A DNA stretch of 64,000 nt, taken from Bacteroidales bacterium (lineage in GTDB: Bacteria > Bacteroidota > Bacteroidia > Bacteroidales > UBA12077). Within the stretch, counting starts at the first letter, position 1. Each line of letters opens with the position of its first letter. The position numbers and the translations under genes are program-made. The stretch is from positions 12,055-76,054 of the forward strand of contig JANQHR010000149.1 of NCBI GenBank assembly GCA_028282585.1, read 5' to 3'. The notes beneath the pieces are model-generated. The model did no database searches, was not told where the DNA came from, and saw nothing but the letters and a program-made list of their open reading frames with translations. Below are positions 1 to 11,308 of the stretch, piece after piece.

Positions 1-1
1 T

Positions 2-787
2 TTTAATATCTCTCTTTCTTGCAAAAGGTTCTCCTTGCTGCCAATTACCGAAATATTTATCCATTAGCTTTTTGGTTTCCTTTTCAGTAAAGTCACCAAT
101 TATAACTACAACAGAATTGTTGGCTACTATTCTTTTTTGAATAAAATCTTCTACTTCATCAATTCCAATATTATCATAGTTTAGAATTATTTCTTCCTTT
201 TTCTCTTGTTCCTGTCTTTTACCATACAATAGCGAATCTATTAATCTCTCTTTAGCAAATGATTTGTTACTAAAAACACTATTCGTTGATGTTTTCTTTT
301 TTTCCAAAGACTTTTCGTAATCTTCCGCCTTTTCCTTTATGTATTCTTTCTTTAATACAGGGTTTTGAAGTAAATCATAATACATATCCAGCAAAGTTTC
401 AATATCCCTGTTCATACCTTTTATTGTACCTCCATGAGCAGTTACAGACATCATTGCACCTTTTAGTTTTACCAGGGAATCTATCTCACCGTTTGGGTAT
501 TTTTCGGATAACTTTGAATAATATGCTTTTTCCAAAATTCCTTTTTCCTCTTGTCTTTCATCCTCATCAAAGCCTAACTGTTCTATGTTTATAGAAATTG
601 TAAATTTTGGATATTTTTTTATTGGAGCCAGGTAAACCTGCAAATTATTATCCATTTTAATCGGAATTAATACCCCAACATTTAATTTTTCAGGATTATT
701 TGGGGCAGGTGCTTGTGTTCTATCAACTTGTGCATTCACCTTGGCAACCGTGAACAATATAATTAATGATAATATAATATTTCTCAT
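2..787 (-). CDS. M16 family peptidase, second (probably non-catalytic) subunit; runs off window start
   Basis: Not in ORF track. Read manually from ATG at 787: MRNIILSLIILFTVAKVNAQVDRTQAPAP..., a signal peptide plus the 'QVDRTQAPAP' start typical of Bacteroidota M16 partners. Begins 6 nt after the catalytic M16 gene ends. Confidence 0.75.
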   Translation of the reverse strand, partial: MRNIILSLIILFTVAKVNAQVDRTQAPAPNNPEKLNVGVLIPIKMDNNLQVYLAPIKKYPKFTISINIEQLGFDEDERQEEKGILEKAYYSKLSEKYPNGEIDSLVKLKGAMMSVTAHGGTIKGMNRDIETLLDMYYDLLQNPVLKKEYIKEKAEDYEKSLEKKKTSTNSVFSNKSFAKERLIDSLLYGKRQEQEKKEEIILNYDNIGIDEVEDFIQKRIVANNSVVVIIGDFTEKETKKLMDKYFGNWQQGEPFARKRDIK

Positions 788-793
788 GACAAT

Positions 794-2113
794 CTATTTT
801 TCAGGATGATAAATAATAGTTACCCGATTATCTTTATTAAAGTATTTTTTTGCAACGCGTTGAATATCTTCGCTAGTTACACTGGTATAGTGCTCAATTA
901 CATTATTAAATTCGCTTGCATCTCCCCAGAAGTGGTAAAATTTGGTAACTTGATCGGCTAAAGATTCAGCATGAAAATAAAAATCGGTATAATTCACTTC
1001 AAAAGCATTTAAAACTTGCTGCAATACATAATCGTCTACAGGTTCATTTTTTAATCGTTCCAATTGTTCTTCCACTTTTGAGATTAAATGTTGCTCCTGA
1101 TTTTCAACGTTGAGTTTTCCTTTTATTCTAAAAGCTCCAACTTTTTCCCAGAGTTCGGTTGTTGCCGAAACATGATTAATTATTGTATCGCTATCGACTA
1201 AAACATCCTTGTCAAAATAAGAATATGAATTATCTCCCGATAAAATTGCTGCAATTACATTCATTACGTAAGAATCTTCATGTGTTTCAGGCATTGCATA
1301 GTAACATAACGCAACAGCGGTTTCTTTTAATCCTTTTTCTGTTTTCTCTATAATTTTTTCTTTTCCGGATGGTGTTCCAAAATTGGTTGGTCTTTTAATT
1401 TCTTTACCTTTAGGAATATCTTTAAAATAATAATCAATCCACTTTTTAGTTTCAGGAATATTTACGTTACCAGCTACAACTAAACATGCGTTATTAGGTA
1501 CATAATATTTTTTAAAGAAGGCATCAAAATCTTTTATTGATGAAGCATCTAAGTCGGCCATAGAACCAATCATATTATGTCCGTATGTTTCGTATGTAAA
1601 CATGGCGCCCATCATATCATAATATGCATTACCCAGAGGTTTATTATCGTAACGCATACGTTTTTCTTCTTTTACAATTTCTCGTTCGCGATCTATGCCT
1701 TCCTCCGTAATTACCGGGTGCAACATTCTTTCCGATTCAACCCATAAGCCTAATTTAAACTCATGAGCCGGTAAAAGCTGATAGTAGTAAGTCACATCAT
1801 AATTTGTATATGCGTTGCAATATCCACCTGCATTCATTACTGTATTTTCGAATTCACCTTGTGGTATATTTTTAGTACCGTGAAAAAGTAAATGCTCGTA
1901 AAAATGTGCAAATCCTGTCCGATCTGCTTCTTCGTTTTTGGAACCAACATGATATTTAGTTCCGACAACAACATTAGGTTCATTTACATCGTGATAAATA
2001 ATTACGTGTAAACCATTGTCTAGATAGTACTCCACGAATTCTGCCATTGGCTTCTTCCTAGCAAACAGAATTGATGGAACTATTAATAAAATCATCAATA
2101 TAAACTTCTTCAT
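794..2113 (-). CDS. M16 (pitrilysin/insulinase) zinc peptidase
   Basis: HXXEH motif (GFAHFYEHLLF), NAYTNYDVT, YYVPNNA. Likely start MKKFILMILL at 2113 (signal peptide). Confidence 0.92.
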   Translation of the reverse strand: MKKFILMILLIVPSILFARKKPMAEFVEYYLDNGLHVIIYHDVNEPNVVVGTKYHVGSKNEEADRTGFAHFYEHLLFHGTKNIPQGEFENTVMNAGGYCNAYTNYDVTYYYQLLPAHEFKLGLWVESERMLHPVITEEGIDREREIVKEEKRMRYDNKPLGNAYYDMMGAMFTYETYGHNMIGSMADLDASSIKDFDAFFKKYYVPNNACLVVAGNVNIPETKKWIDYYFKDIPKGKEIKRPTNFGTPSGKEKIIEKTEKGLKETAVALCYYAMPETHEDSYVMNVIAAILSGDNSYSYFDKDVLVDSDTIINHVSATTELWEKVGAFRIKGKLNVENQEQHLISKVEEQLERLKNEPVDDYVLQQVLNAFEVNYTDFYFHAESLADQVTKFYHFWGDASEFNNVIEHYTSVTSEDIQRVAKKYFNKDNRVTIIYHPEK

Positions 2114-2233
2114 ACTCCTTATTTTTAATAAAGCTATCACTCTAAAACACATTTTATCCTTAATTTCAACCCATCATCAAACCAAAGAAAGCAATAACTA
2201 ATTTTATAAACTTAATTATACTATAATCTATTA

Positions 2234-3190
2234 TTAATCATATGTTGTAGGCATTGTTTGTGGAATCATAATGTTAAAATCGGCTGCATTTTCTTCTTCA
2301 GGTAGTTCTAAATTATTTTCAACATCCCAGGTATGAATTGTAACAATGTTAACTTCCGGGTTATAGTATTTCAAATAATAATAGATACTATCGTAGAATT
2401 TCGAATGGTACGTACCATTGTAGTGTAAAAAATATTGACCTTTTTCCCAATTTTGTAAAATTCTATATGCCATAGTTGCATCCTTTATTGCCTGTGCTTT
2501 TACCAGATTTGAACCTTTGTAAGCCATCATAGCTGATGCAGCCCCTGCATTTTTATTATGAGCAGTATCGTCCGGGCCAAAAACGCTTAGCATATTAGCG
2601 TAAGCAGGCTGAGTTAGATCAAAATGTACCGGCATAGGAGGTAAGTACTGGTATGCTGCTTCAGGTAAACTATCTAAATATTCAACACCCTTTTTATAAA
2701 CAACTTTTGCATAACGACGAGGTATATTGGTACAAACAAATTTTAGATCGTTACGAAGTGCAATTCCCAACAAAGGTTTATAATCTCTGAAGTTTGGCCA
2801 ATTTTTTGCACTTTCGACATAAGCCTTTTTATCAACAAGTTTATGGATCATAAATTCATCCATTAGCAACTGCTGATCCGCTTCCCACATTTCACCACCC
2901 AACACAAGATTTGATCCTTTCTCCTTTAACATCTGCTCAGTAACCATCTTCTTTAACCAGTGCGAAATAGGATCATCATGCATTTCACCGAATAAGCAAA
3001 TATCATGCTTATAAAGTTCTTCCATCATTTCTGAGAAAGTAACTTTCTCTCCTTCAGAATTATAAATTACGTATGCAGGTAAATCGCTTGTGTATGTTTT
3101 CTGTTCATCTTTATTCTTTTTTCTTTTTTGTGCAAAAGATGTATTAACTAATAATAATGATATAAGAATTATACTTGTTAGTTTTTTCAT
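2234..3190 (-). CDS. ChaN/DUF399-like iron-regulated protein
   Basis: GEMHDDPISHW, GGEMWE, WPNFRDYKPL, QAIKDATMA and HYNGTYHS motifs; signal peptide. Confidence 0.8.
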   Translation of the reverse strand: MKKLTSIILISLLLVNTSFAQKRKKNKDEQKTYTSDLPAYVIYNSEGEKVTFSEMMEELYKHDICLFGEMHDDPISHWLKKMVTEQMLKEKGSNLVLGGEMWEADQQLLMDEFMIHKLVDKKAYVESAKNWPNFRDYKPLLGIALRNDLKFVCTNIPRRYAKVVYKKGVEYLDSLPEAAYQYLPPMPVHFDLTQPAYANMLSVFGPDDTAHNKNAGAASAMMAYKGSNLVKAQAIKDATMAYRILQNWEKGQYFLHYNGTYHSKFYDSIYYYLKYYNPEVNIVTIHTWDVENNLELPEEENAADFNIMIPQTMPTTYD

Positions 3191-3202
3191 TTTATATAAT
3201 TT

Positions 3203-4777
3203 TTAAAAGTAAAAGTTTAGACTTGCTTCCCAGAAATATCGGTACTTCTTATCGGTAATTATCGAATATTGATTTATAAATTTTACATCGGTCGGAGTTA
3301 AGTAACGGTATTTAACAAGCAGCTCGGTTCCCAGTTTCTGTGATTGCTTAAACCATTTTATTTCGCCCCCGATTGTATAATAGTTTGTCGCGTGATATGC
3401 AACTTCATTATGTGCAAAAATTTCCGTGTATCTTCTTTGAGCTGCCGCTACAACATCGTGCTTGTAGGACAGATTATACTTATAGCTTCCTTCAATATTG
3501 AAAGCTAATTTGTTACTGGTATTCAATTTAAAAGAATAACCGGTTCTAATATTTGTTGTTAAGTTAGTATAGTCAATTTGATTGGCATACAACATTCCTT
3601 TTTTGCTCACATTTTCATAATCCAATGTCAGTTTGCTTAAATTAAAGAATTTCAAATTTGGCCTCAACAGTTGAGAAGATGCCTTTATATTTATACCATC
3701 GTATATATAAGTTTTTTCGTAAAACCCTCTATATCTATAACCTGTTCCACTTATATATTTTACACTTAGAAAATTAAATATTTTATAATTTGATTTATCA
3801 ATTAAATAAGAACTTAATATATCATGGCTTAAATATTCGTATTTATATAGTTCTTTATGAGTTTTATATATAGAATCGACTGGTTCTTTATGGATTTTAT
3901 TTTCCCATGATTCATCGCCAATATAAGCAGAATAAGAAATAGAAAGTTTATTTTTATTCCCCGTAAAATAACTAATATAATATTTTGGATTTTGATTTTT
4001 TAAAATATATACCTTACTTAAGTCTTCAATTTGATTAAAATCGCCTAATCCTTCATTAAAATATAAATTATATTTTTCCGAATCAGGACCGGTTGAATAA
4101 AATTCGTTCGTAAATTGTGGAGACCCTTTCTTATAAAAATAGGATACTCCTATAGCTATATAATTATTTTGTCCAAATAAATAACTTATAGCTCCTGTTA
4201 ATTCTGTAGTTATATTATAAAACTCATTACGTGTATCGCGCATACGGAAATATAAATCTCCCCGATATCTTACCCCTGCAGCTAAAGAAATTTTATCTCC
4301 AATACGTTTATTCATTAAACCATTTAAGCCATAATGCTTAACATTAAAGTCTCCCGTTCTTTCTGTTATTAATCGGAACGGATTTCCTATTTCAGATTTT
4401 TGATACCCTAAATTCCAATCAGCTTTTTCATGATCGGATATATTAAAAGTAAAATTCCCGTAAAATCTCCATCCTGTTTCTTCAAAAGATTGAACTGATT
4501 CGCTTTTAAAAGAAAATTGCTCATTTTTATCAAATTCATCGATCAACTTAAAACTGCCCTCGTCTATTCCTCCTTTTACAAATATTGCCGAATAATCGCC
4601 ATTATCCCATAATCCGATATTAGAAGGTAAGAATTTGTATACATCAAGTTGTTCTTTCAAATAAAACTCTCTGTTTGGATTATGAACTAATGATAATCTA
4701 ACGTTTGTTGTATCTGAAGCCTTATTTAAACCAACAATACTCTGTACAAAAAATAATATGAGCAAAAATCTTTTCAT
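3203..4777 (-). CDS. Outer-membrane beta-barrel protein (DUF6850-like)
   Basis: Signal peptide, alternating aromatic strands, C-terminal F, 'YFRMRDTR' motif; lies downstream of the DUF4876-like gene. Confidence 0.65.
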   Translation of the reverse strand: MKRFLLILFFVQSIVGLNKASDTTNVRLSLVHNPNREFYLKEQLDVYKFLPSNIGLWDNGDYSAIFVKGGIDEGSFKLIDEFDKNEQFSFKSESVQSFEETGWRFYGNFTFNISDHEKADWNLGYQKSEIGNPFRLITERTGDFNVKHYGLNGLMNKRIGDKISLAAGVRYRGDLYFRMRDTRNEFYNITTELTGAISYLFGQNNYIAIGVSYFYKKGSPQFTNEFYSTGPDSEKYNLYFNEGLGDFNQIEDLSKVYILKNQNPKYYISYFTGNKNKLSISYSAYIGDESWENKIHKEPVDSIYKTHKELYKYEYLSHDILSSYLIDKSNYKIFNFLSVKYISGTGYRYRGFYEKTYIYDGINIKASSQLLRPNLKFFNLSKLTLDYENVSKKGMLYANQIDYTNLTTNIRTGYSFKLNTSNKLAFNIEGSYKYNLSYKHDVVAAAQRRYTEIFAHNEVAYHATNYYTIGGEIKWFKQSQKLGTELLVKYRYLTPTDVKFINQYSIITDKKYRYFWEASLNFYF

Positions 4778-4794
4778 ATTTAAAAATTTAAGGA

Positions 4795-4819
4795 AGGTTG
4801 CCTTTCAATAAGGCAACCT
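4795..4819 (-). terminator. Intra-operon stem-loop (terminator or mRNA stabiliser)
   Basis: Perfect 10-bp inverted repeat AGGTTGCCTT-TCAAT-AAGGCAACCT just after the lipoprotein stop codon. Confidence 0.6.
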
Positions 4820-4828
4820 AATTTAATT

Positions 4829-6061
4829 TTATAATTCACCTGGAGTAGGTACATCTATAATTTCAAGATCATTTGTACTATTGTTAGTATCTTTTAGAAT
4901 TACTCTTCCATCTCCTAATGTCTTTTCAGCTTTTCTTTTTACACTTTTACCGGTAAAAAAACCACCTACATAATTAAATCCAGCATCTACAGAGTTTGGT
5001 AGTCTTTTAAAATCGCCCGATTCTGCATTTAACATCAAATCAACACCATCTAAAATATCATCTACATCAATTTCTGCATACATATCATATATCTCAACCG
5101 GAGTTTCTGCCGCAGGATCTGTAATTTCTGTTATGGTAAAAGCATCGTTTCTGAAAATAACGATAGTGGGAGCACTTGGATCAATTATATACCATCCAAA
5201 TTCTTGATTTAAATATATACATTCCATATTTGGAACATCAATGTTATTAACATCATCAAAACTTCCTTGTCTTCCTAAAGATTCCATCCAGGCAGTAGCA
5301 TAAGTCTCTAGTTCTGCTACAGAAAGGTCAGGATTTGTAGATGTTCCTCCATTACTGTAATCAACAGCATTTAATGCAATTAAGATTGTTTCTCCGGGTT
5401 GAACAGGGAATTCACTACCGCTTCCAGGAACTTTCATAATCTTTTGTGCATAAACCGTCTCAGTTAAGTCTAAAGCCAAAGGCACATCACTAACATCTGC
5501 ACCGTGTCTTTGCGGCGCTAACATAGCTACATACAAACCATCGGCATAAACAACTTCAGATGAGTTATTGTAAAGTTCAATAAACTGACTTTTGTAAATT
5601 AAGAAATCCACCATTGTGCCATTGAAGTACAGCTCACTGATTACTAAACTACTTGATGGTTTACCATCAAGAACAATATCAACATCATGGTCAAAACCAC
5701 CTAATAATTCTACATTATTTTCAACCGCATTTAAGGTCATTTCTTCGTAATAACCTGAGGCTGCTCCTGCTTCTTCTGCAGTTAGTGCCATAGTAGCAGA
5801 TACATTATAAGTACCCGGAGCTACATCTAAAAACGTAGCTATGCCACTTGCATCAGTTAATGCAGAATCAACACCTTCATCAATAGTATTCGTAATGTAA
5901 ACATACATATCAACAACCGACAATCCGGTAAATGTACTGGCAGTTTTTACTGTTACGCTAAGATTTGCTAGTTCAACTTCATCATCGTCGCATGCAACAA
6001 AACTTATTGTCATAATTGCAGCTAATGCTAATGTAAAAATTAATTTAAATTTGTTTTTCAT
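4829..6061 (-). CDS. DUF4876-like surface lipoprotein
   Basis: Lipobox FVAC followed by acidic DDDE; LVISELYFNG, QFIELYNNS, LKDTNNSTND motifs. Confidence 0.78.
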   Translation of the reverse strand: MKNKFKLIFTLALAAIMTISFVACDDDEVELANLSVTVKTASTFTGLSVVDMYVYITNTIDEGVDSALTDASGIATFLDVAPGTYNVSATMALTAEEAGAASGYYEEMTLNAVENNVELLGGFDHDVDIVLDGKPSSSLVISELYFNGTMVDFLIYKSQFIELYNNSSEVVYADGLYVAMLAPQRHGADVSDVPLALDLTETVYAQKIMKVPGSGSEFPVQPGETILIALNAVDYSNGGTSTNPDLSVAELETYATAWMESLGRQGSFDDVNNIDVPNMECIYLNQEFGWYIIDPSAPTIVIFRNDAFTITEITDPAAETPVEIYDMYAEIDVDDILDGVDLMLNAESGDFKRLPNSVDAGFNYVGGFFTGKSVKRKAEKTLGDGRVILKDTNNSTNDLEIIDVPTPGEL

Positions 6062-6097
6062 AGTAATTGGGTTTAGTTAAACTTTATTTAGTTATTG

Positions 6098-8725
6098 TTA
6101 TAATTTAAAATTGAATCCAATCCCAAAAGTTACTCTGGAGTTTAAATAACCTATAGATCTTCTTCCGCTACTATCTTCTAAGCCCTCATAAGTTGGGTTA
6201 TACCATAAAAAATTGTTGGCATAAAAAGAAAAATTGTGTCCTTGCTTGGTCTCTTTTCTTATTTGTATATGAAAATTAAAATATGTTGGAGGTATTGATC
6301 TTTTATAATAATCACTTGATCGTTCCATATTGGCGTATTCTTCGGATCTTTTTTCGTCTTCAGAAAGTTCAATAAATGTTCCATCGACGTTATAGTAACC
6401 TATTGGATAAGGACTTGGATAAGAAACGATCTCTTCTTTTTGCAACCAGTTTATTTCGGTACGCAACGTTACCATCAGTTTAATTTGTGGAATATGCTGA
6501 GCAATGGTTATATTTGACCGACAAATATATTTTTCATAAGCTGGTCGCTCGTACAAACCATACCTCAGTGCCCGACTAGATTTCCATAAATCATGCCGTT
6601 CATTTTTCTCATAGGTTTTTAAATAACTTCCTGATAAACTTATTGTCGTATTTGTAGCTTTTATTTTTGGAAACTGTGCTGATAATTCCACACCTGTAGT
6701 TCTTAATCGTACCGCATTTTCATAATTACTAAATTCTTTGTTTACTTTAACTATGCTATCTGTTGGAATCGCTATTAATTCATTTGTACCCGCAATCCCT
6801 AAAGTATCCCAAACTTGTTTATCAAAAGTCATCAGTTTACCAATACTTGTAATACCATTTTCAATTTCTTTATAGAAACCTGTTACTCTAAGATTAAAAC
6901 CTTTGTTTTCCCAGTCAAATCCCCCTTCCAGTGTAGTTCCTTTTGATGGTTTCAGGTCCTCATGAGTTGGCTGATATATGTGCGTTGTAACAACAGCTAA
7001 GCGTCTTAAGTCATCCTCAGCATAAGCATCCAAATTTATCAAATCAAAATATTTTGGCCCAGGGTAAAGCTGCAACATAGAAGGGGTTCTGTGCGAAACA
7101 CCATAAGCCAATCTTAATCTTAGCTTCTCAAAATATTTAACAGATAAAGAAACACGGGGAGATAATAAATGATACCTCTTAAGCATATAATCATACCTTA
7201 AGCCAAGCCTAAACAAGTAGTTTGCACTTTCTTTGTCAAGATTTATGTCATCCTGCACATACAATGAATAAACTTCGGAAGCAGGTACATTATAAAAGTT
7301 TAGATCCCTTGTACCAGCTCCAGCTGCCACTACATTAGTACCTTCTTCGAGAACCCTGCCTTTCCCAAAATTTTTATCGTATGAAAACTCAAAACCAGAA
7401 CTGGTATTATGCCTGAAACCAAATGTATTAAATGTCTGTTGTGCTTCTATTCTACCATTAATATTTACTGGTTCACCAAATGATTCCGATGTTTTATAAA
7501 AAACTACCGGGGAATAATCGGTCAAGTAAGTACCTTCTTCAAGCGACTCCATTACAATAAAGGGACCGCTATTTATACTACTTTGGTAACCGTACTGATG
7601 AGAGTAATTTCCACTTAAAGAATAACTTGTTGTTCCTAATACCTTTAAACTACCATTGGTGCTAAAACTAACGTTGTGTGTCCTATTTTCAAACTCGCCT
7701 TGTACAACTACTTCATCAGGGTCTCTTCTTTGTCCATCAAAACCTAAACCATACCTTAATGACAAATTATTGTTCCAACTCAAGGATTTTAAGAGTTCTT
7801 TTGTCCATCTTAATCCTGAATTGATTCGCTGGTAATAAGTTTTCCTGGAAACTAATGAAGAATTTGAATAAGTATAATCACCATCTACATTTAAAAAGCT
7901 TCCATCTTTTAATTTAAATCCTTTATTAACTCCTAACTGATAAGAATTTGGCGTACTATTAAAGCTAAAACTATACGGAGTGTAACCTGCTTTACGATTA
8001 ATTATAATAGCCCCAGAAGTTATATTTCCATATTTAGCACTTGGAACACCTGAGATTACCTCGACCGATTCAATATTCGATGCTGATATTTCTCTTAAAT
8101 CAATTCCTTTATTTGCTGTTTCAATATTGCCATCAGCCTGCATGTTGCCATCATTACTTAACTGGTTACCGTCAACAATTACTGCAGTTCCAAATGCATT
8201 TAAATCAGTATAATCACCTGCATTTCTTAAATTTGCCTGTGCCATACTGTTTAAATTCGACCCTGTAACCTCATTACCTGGTATTAACTGAAGTATATCG
8301 CTAACACTTATTGGTTGAACCTGTTGTATAGCGTCACTACCAATTTTATAAGTTGTACTACCTTCTTTACTTTGGCCAACTTTAGCTGTAACAACAACCT
8401 CATCCAACGCCAACGAGGATTCCTCTAAATAAAAATTCCAGTCAATTACATCTTGAGTTATCTCAATTTCCTTTTCTATAGGTTGGTATCCTAAAATAGT
8501 TACATACAAGGTATATTTTCCAGGTACTATATCTTGTAATATATATTGTCCATCTTCGTCAGTAAGATCATATATGGCAGTTCCTTTTAAATTAACTACG
8601 GCATAGTATAGAGGATTTTTTTCAGCATCAAAAACCTTTCCGCTAAATTGGTATTTTTGAGCATTAGCCGTTAAAGAAAAGATAGTTGTAAAAAATAGTA
8701 ATAATAAATATTTATAACTTTTCAT
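6098..8725 (-). CDS. TonB-dependent receptor with N-terminal carboxypeptidase-like domain
   Basis: LDEVVVTA, IESVEVISGVPSAKYG plug motif, LSPRVS, C-terminal GFNFKL. Likely start MKSYKYLL at 8725. Confidence 0.92.
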   Translation of the reverse strand: MKSYKYLLLLFFTTIFSLTANAQKYQFSGKVFDAEKNPLYYAVVNLKGTAIYDLTDEDGQYILQDIVPGKYTLYVTILGYQPIEKEIEITQDVIDWNFYLEESSLALDEVVVTAKVGQSKEGSTTYKIGSDAIQQVQPISVSDILQLIPGNEVTGSNLNSMAQANLRNAGDYTDLNAFGTAVIVDGNQLSNDGNMQADGNIETANKGIDLREISASNIESVEVISGVPSAKYGNITSGAIIINRKAGYTPYSFSFNSTPNSYQLGVNKGFKLKDGSFLNVDGDYTYSNSSLVSRKTYYQRINSGLRWTKELLKSLSWNNNLSLRYGLGFDGQRRDPDEVVVQGEFENRTHNVSFSTNGSLKVLGTTSYSLSGNYSHQYGYQSSINSGPFIVMESLEEGTYLTDYSPVVFYKTSESFGEPVNINGRIEAQQTFNTFGFRHNTSSGFEFSYDKNFGKGRVLEEGTNVVAAGAGTRDLNFYNVPASEVYSLYVQDDINLDKESANYLFRLGLRYDYMLKRYHLLSPRVSLSVKYFEKLRLRLAYGVSHRTPSMLQLYPGPKYFDLINLDAYAEDDLRRLAVVTTHIYQPTHEDLKPSKGTTLEGGFDWENKGFNLRVTGFYKEIENGITSIGKLMTFDKQVWDTLGIAGTNELIAIPTDSIVKVNKEFSNYENAVRLRTTGVELSAQFPKIKATNTTISLSGSYLKTYEKNERHDLWKSSRALRYGLYERPAYEKYICRSNITIAQHIPQIKLMVTLRTEINWLQKEEIVSYPSPYPIGYYNVDGTFIELSEDEKRSEEYANMERSSDYYKRSIPPTYFNFHIQIRKETKQGHNFSFYANNFLWYNPTYEGLEDSSGRRSIGYLNSRVTFGIGFNFKL

Positions 8726-9153
8726 TTTTGTTAATTTTGTATCAAATCTATAGGTTGTGCTAATTGTTTGCAATAGTTGAAGAAACACATATGATGTAAT
8801 TTTTGGTTCAGTTTTTTTAATTCTTTTCTGATTATCTTTGTTTTATATAATCTTCTGTGAGAAAGTACTTTTTTAAAATGCTGTAATCTTGTTGAGTTTA
8901 TTTTTTTTCAAAATTTTTATACTCAATTAGATAGAATTTTCAAGTTTTTATTGATTTGCAAGTTTCCATTACATAAATAGTACATCTTTTATATTTTTCT
9001 TCTTTCACATGTTTTTAATTCTAACAAACTATTTTCCAGTTAATTATATTGATTCATCCTATATTATAATACTTCATTTCAACAAACACTAGCTTGATGT
9101 AATTATTTTACTGTATTAGTTTTGAAATGTTTGTAAATTTTTAACTTAACGTT

Positions 9154-11286
9154 ATGAAACAGGTCATATATTTAACATTCACTTTAATAACATTAATAAA
9201 ATTCTGTACCGCTAATACTGAAAGTGTGTATAACCAACATAATTTAAAGGTAAAGCTAAACATCCAGGAATCGTTTATTGATGTGGTAGATTCAATAAAA
9301 TTATCCCATTCAGAAATGAATGTTTTCTATCTTAATTCTAATTTGTCTATTTATGAGTCAAGTTGTGAATTAAAAGTCATTGGTTCCGAATACAATTATA
9401 ACAAATATAAACTTCCGGCTAATCTGAATAGCGATTATATCGTATTAAAATATAAAGGGATTATTGCAGATAACAGAGATGGAATCCAGCATATGACACA
9501 TGCAACTATGTATGAAAGTACAAATGGAATTATCTTCGAAAAAGGAATTTATTTAGCCGGTCAAACATACTGGGTTCCTGATTTTGAGTTAGCTGATCTA
9601 AAAACCTTTACCATAGATATTGAAATAGCTAAAGGCTGGTTATTAACGTCACAAGGAAACATTATTTCAGAAGAAATTAAGGATAGTACCATATATTACT
9701 CTTTCCGTATGGATCAACCTACTAATCAGGTATGTTTAATTGGGAATAGATGGACCAAGTATACTGAGACAATAAATAATATTGATATAAACGTTTATTT
9801 AATCAATGAAGATAAAGTGCTAGCCCAAAGATATCTGGATGCTAGCAGCGATTATTTGAATCTTTATAACAATTTGATTGGAGAATTTCCTTATCTTAAA
9901 TTTGATGTAATTGAGAACTTTTGGGAAACAGGGTATGGTATGCCTTCTTTTACACTACTTGGTAAAAGGGTAATGCGGTTCCCCTGGATAATTGATACAT
10001 CTTATCCACATGAGTTATTACATAATTATTGGGGAAATAGTGTTTATGTTGATTACAACAAAGGAAACTGGTGTGAAGGAATTACAACCTATATGGCGGA
10101 TCATTTGCTGAAAGAAAAAGATGGTGACGGTCATGTTTTCCGAAGAGCACAATTAAAAAAATATACTGATTACGTAAATTCTGAGAATGATTTTCCTCCT
10201 AGCCAATTTAAATCAAAACATGATGCTGCCAGCGAAGCGATTGGCTACAGTAAAGTATTAATGGCTAATCATATGCTTAGAATAAAATACGGAACAGATA
10301 TTTTTTTAAAATCATACGCCAATTTTTATCAAAATCATAAATTTAAAATTGCGTCTTTTAATGATATTGAAAACTCCTTTGAAAAAGCCACCGGAGAAAA
10401 TCTGGATAATTTCTTTAATCAATGGATCAACTCTGAAGGTGCTCCTACCATTAATTTAAATAGAGTAAAAGTTAAAAGGAAAAAAGAAATTTACACCTTA
10501 AATTTCGAGATAGCTCAATCTTACCAGAATAAGCCATATGAATTAGACATTCCTGTGTATGTATACTTAAAAAACAACATGACGGTTGAGCGCAAAGCAT
10601 TGAGCTTATCAGAACCTGATCATTCATATTCTTTTAATTTTACCGACAAACCCGTAAGAATAGATATTGACCCTTTGTTTGATGTGATGAGAAAACTAAA
10701 CCGGGATGAAGTGCCTCCAACGCTTTCTCAAATTTTGGGGTCAAATAAATGGACAATTATTTTACCTAAATCGAGTAAGGCTTATTTTCATTATAAAAAC
10801 CTGGCAATTTCCTGGTCGAGAATTTACTCTGAAAGAGGGATAGAAATTAAAATGGTGAATGATAATAAGATTGAAAAAATTCCAACTGATTGTTCTGTAT
10901 GGATATTAGGTGCTGAAAATAATTTTGCAAGGTATTTAAACGTGCGAGAAAAGTATAATTCGGTTGAAAGCGAAGAGATTTTATCTAAAATTGATAGTTT
11001 AAATAAAAATGAGCTTATCGTTTTTACGATTCCTAATCCTGAAAACGAGGATGAAACTATTGGCTATATCAATAGCAATAATCCTTCCATAATTGGCCAA
11101 TTAAACATGAAGCTAATGCACTATAGTAATTTCAGTTATGTTGGATTTGAAGGTAAATCACTTAAAAATACTTTAAAAGGAAATTTCCCTGTTTTAAATT
11201 CCTCATTAAAATATATTATTGACGACAAGGAGTCAATTAACTGGAGCGAATACAATTTTCCAATAAATGATATAATGTATAAATAA
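9154..11286 (+). CDS. M1 family aminopeptidase
   Basis: GYGMP, HELLH and downstream WCEG zinc-ligand pattern; signal peptide. Confidence 0.85.
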   Translation: MKQVIYLTFTLITLIKFCTANTESVYNQHNLKVKLNIQESFIDVVDSIKLSHSEMNVFYLNSNLSIYESSCELKVIGSEYNYNKYKLPANLNSDYIVLKYKGIIADNRDGIQHMTHATMYESTNGIIFEKGIYLAGQTYWVPDFELADLKTFTIDIEIAKGWLLTSQGNIISEEIKDSTIYYSFRMDQPTNQVCLIGNRWTKYTETINNIDINVYLINEDKVLAQRYLDASSDYLNLYNNLIGEFPYLKFDVIENFWETGYGMPSFTLLGKRVMRFPWIIDTSYPHELLHNYWGNSVYVDYNKGNWCEGITTYMADHLLKEKDGDGHVFRRAQLKKYTDYVNSENDFPPSQFKSKHDAASEAIGYSKVLMANHMLRIKYGTDIFLKSYANFYQNHKFKIASFNDIENSFEKATGENLDNFFNQWINSEGAPTINLNRVKVKRKKEIYTLNFEIAQSYQNKPYELDIPVYVYLKNNMTVERKALSLSEPDHSYSFNFTDKPVRIDIDPLFDVMRKLNRDEVPPTLSQILGSNKWTIILPKSSKAYFHYKNLAISWSRIYSERGIEIKMVNDNKIEKIPTDCSVWILGAENNFARYLNVREKYNSVESEEILSKIDSLNKNELIVFTIPNPENEDETIGYINSNNPSIIGQLNMKLMHYSNFSYVGFEGKSLKNTLKGNFPVLNSSLKYIIDDKESINWSEYNFPINDIMYK

Positions 11287-11308
11287 AGTTTGATTAGGTT
11301 TGTTTTTT

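Noticed and set aside
286-594. Plus-strand 102-aa ORF and the many other short ORFs antisense to long genes
   Set aside because: Shadows of well-supported genes on the opposite strand; no motifs.
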